A program made the translations under genes and the position numbers. DNA of 64,000 nt from Dendrobates tinctorius (taxonomy: Eukaryota), in NCBI RefSeq assembly GCF_039654945.1, contig NW_027361688.1, forward strand, positions 248,001-312,000, read 5' to 3'. The notes under the pieces were generated by a model that did not search any database, was not told the DNA's origin, and saw only the letters and a program-made list of their open reading frames with translations. Numbering within the stretch: position 1 is the first letter of the stretch; each line of letters opens with the position of its first letter. Shown here one piece after another: positions 61,372 to 64,000 of the stretch.

Positions 61372-62404
61372 CATAGATAACACAATGCTTACGGTCGAGC
61401 TACAGTTGATACCAGAAGTTTCCTTCCACTATATATTATTATTACAGAATGCTGTAGATAAGCCCCTGATGGCGGTGGCCTCATCTTATATACGATAAAA
61501 TAGGTGACAGATTCCCCTTAAGGCTTCCATGTGCACTTGTATCCCAGTGAAAGATAAATTCACATTATATTGTCATTCCGTCAATGAATCTTGAGAAATC
61601 CACATTTTTTTTTAGCTGTATGCAAATGAAGTGTTAAGTGCTATGGGCGGCAGAATGCACTTAACGAAACTCCTCCTTCTTTGTTCAGTAAAGCTTCGAA
61701 GCAATGTGAGCGTATGTCGAGATGCCACACATGGGAGACACTGATGTAGGCTCAGAAAACTGGCTAACGGCGAAGAAGAAAGCCTTTATTGACAATGTAT
61801 TTTAAGGCTCGCGGGCCATTTTGTCAAGTAAGAGAGACATCTATCCATCTATAACACACCGGAATCCTTTACATATTCCTGATAAGGCGCCAGTCCTGCT
61901 CATATTACACTTAAAATACACAAAAGGGGCTAAAACACAAAAAAACCTCCATGCGAATAAATAAATGATATCACATCAATTCATATATAACAGATTAATA
62001 ACTTTGGCCAGAAGCTGAAAATACCATAAGATGATAAGGCACAAAGAGCGTCGTCACAAAGGAAGAGACCTATAGACGGCGTAGGTACAGGCCGGTCTGT
62101 CAGTGTGCGTAGTGCCAACCGGCCATGGAAAATGAGACCCTCTACACAACAGATGTCACGTCTCTTAGTGTTACATATACAGTAGATGGAGGCCGGATAC
62201 TATCGCATCGGGAGGGCGGTAATGTCACGATGGGGGCAGGTTCTGCAGCATTGAGAATCTCCCCCCCCCCATGTGCTCACCCACCTAAACTGCGCATGCG
62301 CTTCTCCTGTACAAAGATGGCAGCGGTCAGTGAATCATTCGGCAGATCCCGGTGGTGGTGTGTTTGCGATGGTGTTCCGCTGGTGGTACCGTGCAAGAGG
62401 CTGC

Positions 62405-64000
62405 GTATGGCGTATACAGTGAGTGTGTGTGTTCGCCGTATACAGTGTGTGTGTGGTGGTGCGTATGGTCGTATACACTGTGTGTGTGATGGTACGCACG
62501 GCGTATACAGTGTGTGTGGTGCATACGGTGTATACAGTGTGTGTGTGTGTGGTGCATACGGTGTATACAGTGTGTGTGTGTGTGTGGTGCATACGGTGTA
62601 TACAGTGTGTGTGGTGCATACGGTGTATACAGTGTGTGTGTGTGTGGTGCATACGGTGTATACAGTGTGTGTGTGTGTGTGTGGTGCATACGGTGTATAC
62701 AGTGTGTGTGTGTGTGTGGTGCGTACGGCATATACAGTGTGTGTGTACGGTGTATACAGTGTGTGTGTGGTGCGTACGGCGTATACAGTGTGTGTGTGTT
62801 GTGTACGGCGTATACAGTGTGTGTGTGGTGCGTACGGTGTATACAGTGTGTGTGTGTTGCGTACGGTGTATACAGTGCGTGTGTGGCGTATACAGTGTGT
62901 TTGGTGTGTACGGCATATACAGTGTGTGTGTGGTGTGTACAGCGTATACAGTGTGTGTGTGTGTTGTGTACGGCGTATACAGTGTGTGTGTGTTGCGTAC
63001 GGCATATACAGTGTGTGTGTGGTGTGTACAGCGTATACAGTGTGTGTGTGGTGTGTACAGCGTATACAGTGTGTGTGTGTGTTGTGTACGGCGTATACAG
63101 TGTGTGTGTGTTGCGTACGGTGTATACAGTGTGTGTGTGTTGCGTACGGCGTATACAGTGTGTGTGTGGTGCGTACGGTGTATACAGTGTGTGTGTGTTG
63201 CGTACGGTGTATACAGTGTGTGTGTGGCGTATACAGTGTGTTTGGTGTGTACGGCATATACAGTGTGTGTGTGGTGTGTACAGCGTATACAGTGTGTGTG
63301 TGTGTTGTGTACAGCGTATACAGTGTGTGTGTGTGTTGTGTACGGCGTATACAGTGTGTGTGTTGCGTACGGCATATACAGTGTGTGTGTGGTGTGTACA
63401 GCGTATACAGTGTGTGTGTGGTGTGTACAGCGTATACAGTGTGTGTGTGTGTTGTGTACGGCGTATACAGTGTGTGTGTGTTGCGTACGGTGTATACAGT
63501 GTGTGTGTGGCGTATACAGTGTGTTTGGTGTGTACGGCATATACAGTGTGTGTGTGTGGTGTGTATGGCGTATACAGTGTGTGTGTGTTGCGTACGGCAT
63601 ATACAGTGTGTGTGTGGTGTGTACAGCGTATACAGTGTGTGTGTGGTGTGTACAGCGTATACAGTGTGTGTGTGGTGTGTACAGCGTATACAGTGTGTGT
63701 GTTGCGTACGGCATATACAGTGTGTGTGTGGTGTGTACAGCGTATACAGTGTGTGTGTGGTGTGTACAGCGTATACAGTGTGTGTGTGTGTTGTGTACGG
63801 CGTATACAGTGTGTGTGTGTTGCGTACGGTGTATACAGTGTGTGTGTGGCGTATACAGTGTGTTTGGTGTGTACGGCATATACAGTGTGTGTGTGTGGTG
63901 TGTACGGCGTATACAGTGTGTGTGTGTTGCGTACGGCATATACAGTGTGTGTGTGGTGTGTACAGCGTATACAGTGTGTGTGTGTTGTGTACGGCGTATA
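62405..64000. repeat. TG-rich ~26-32-bp minisatellite, running off the window end
   Basis: (GT)n-GGTGYGTACGGYGTATACA units. Confidence 0.95.

Larger units (their letters stand above)
38423..61444 (+). repeat. Segmental duplication unit 2 (carries TRIM-C), expanded by TE insertions
   Basis: Collinear matches to 23918-24371, 27760-31017 and 31018-31310. Confidence 0.8.

Noticed and set aside
62277-63939. 326- and 534-aa His/Thr/Tyr-rich ORFs
   Set aside because: Translations of the TG-rich minisatellite

Overview
Vertebrate genomic DNA, most likely anuran (frog); this is inferred from the repeat families, not proven. The window is a TE-saturated cluster of three intronless, same-strand TRIM genes (RING-Bbox1-Bbox2-coiled coil-PRY/SPRY) at 13536, 27897 and 51426. 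The second and third lie in a recent segmental duplication whose copies were later invaded by different TEs, so each copy shows the other's empty insertion sites. TEs resolved with termini and TSDs: nested Gypsy-type LTRs, L2 LINEs, Tc1 fragments, hAT, Harbinger MITEs, a Helitron and a V-SINE, plus several minisatellite arrays. Best leads: (1) A Ngaro-type tyrosine-recombinase retrotransposon (54298-59396) with split direct repeats, integrated at a shared TGG core. Its YR gene looks precisely removed at a splice-like junction that fuses the YR start in frame to an SGNH hydrolase, and it retains a frame-compatible donor/acceptor pair linking ORF1 to that frame. (2) A non-autonomous LTR element with a degenerate cold-shock domain just after its PBS. 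(3) A variable acidic 30-bp coding minisatellite and an NLS-like tail in two TRIMs. All calls are by eye; no database searches were run.
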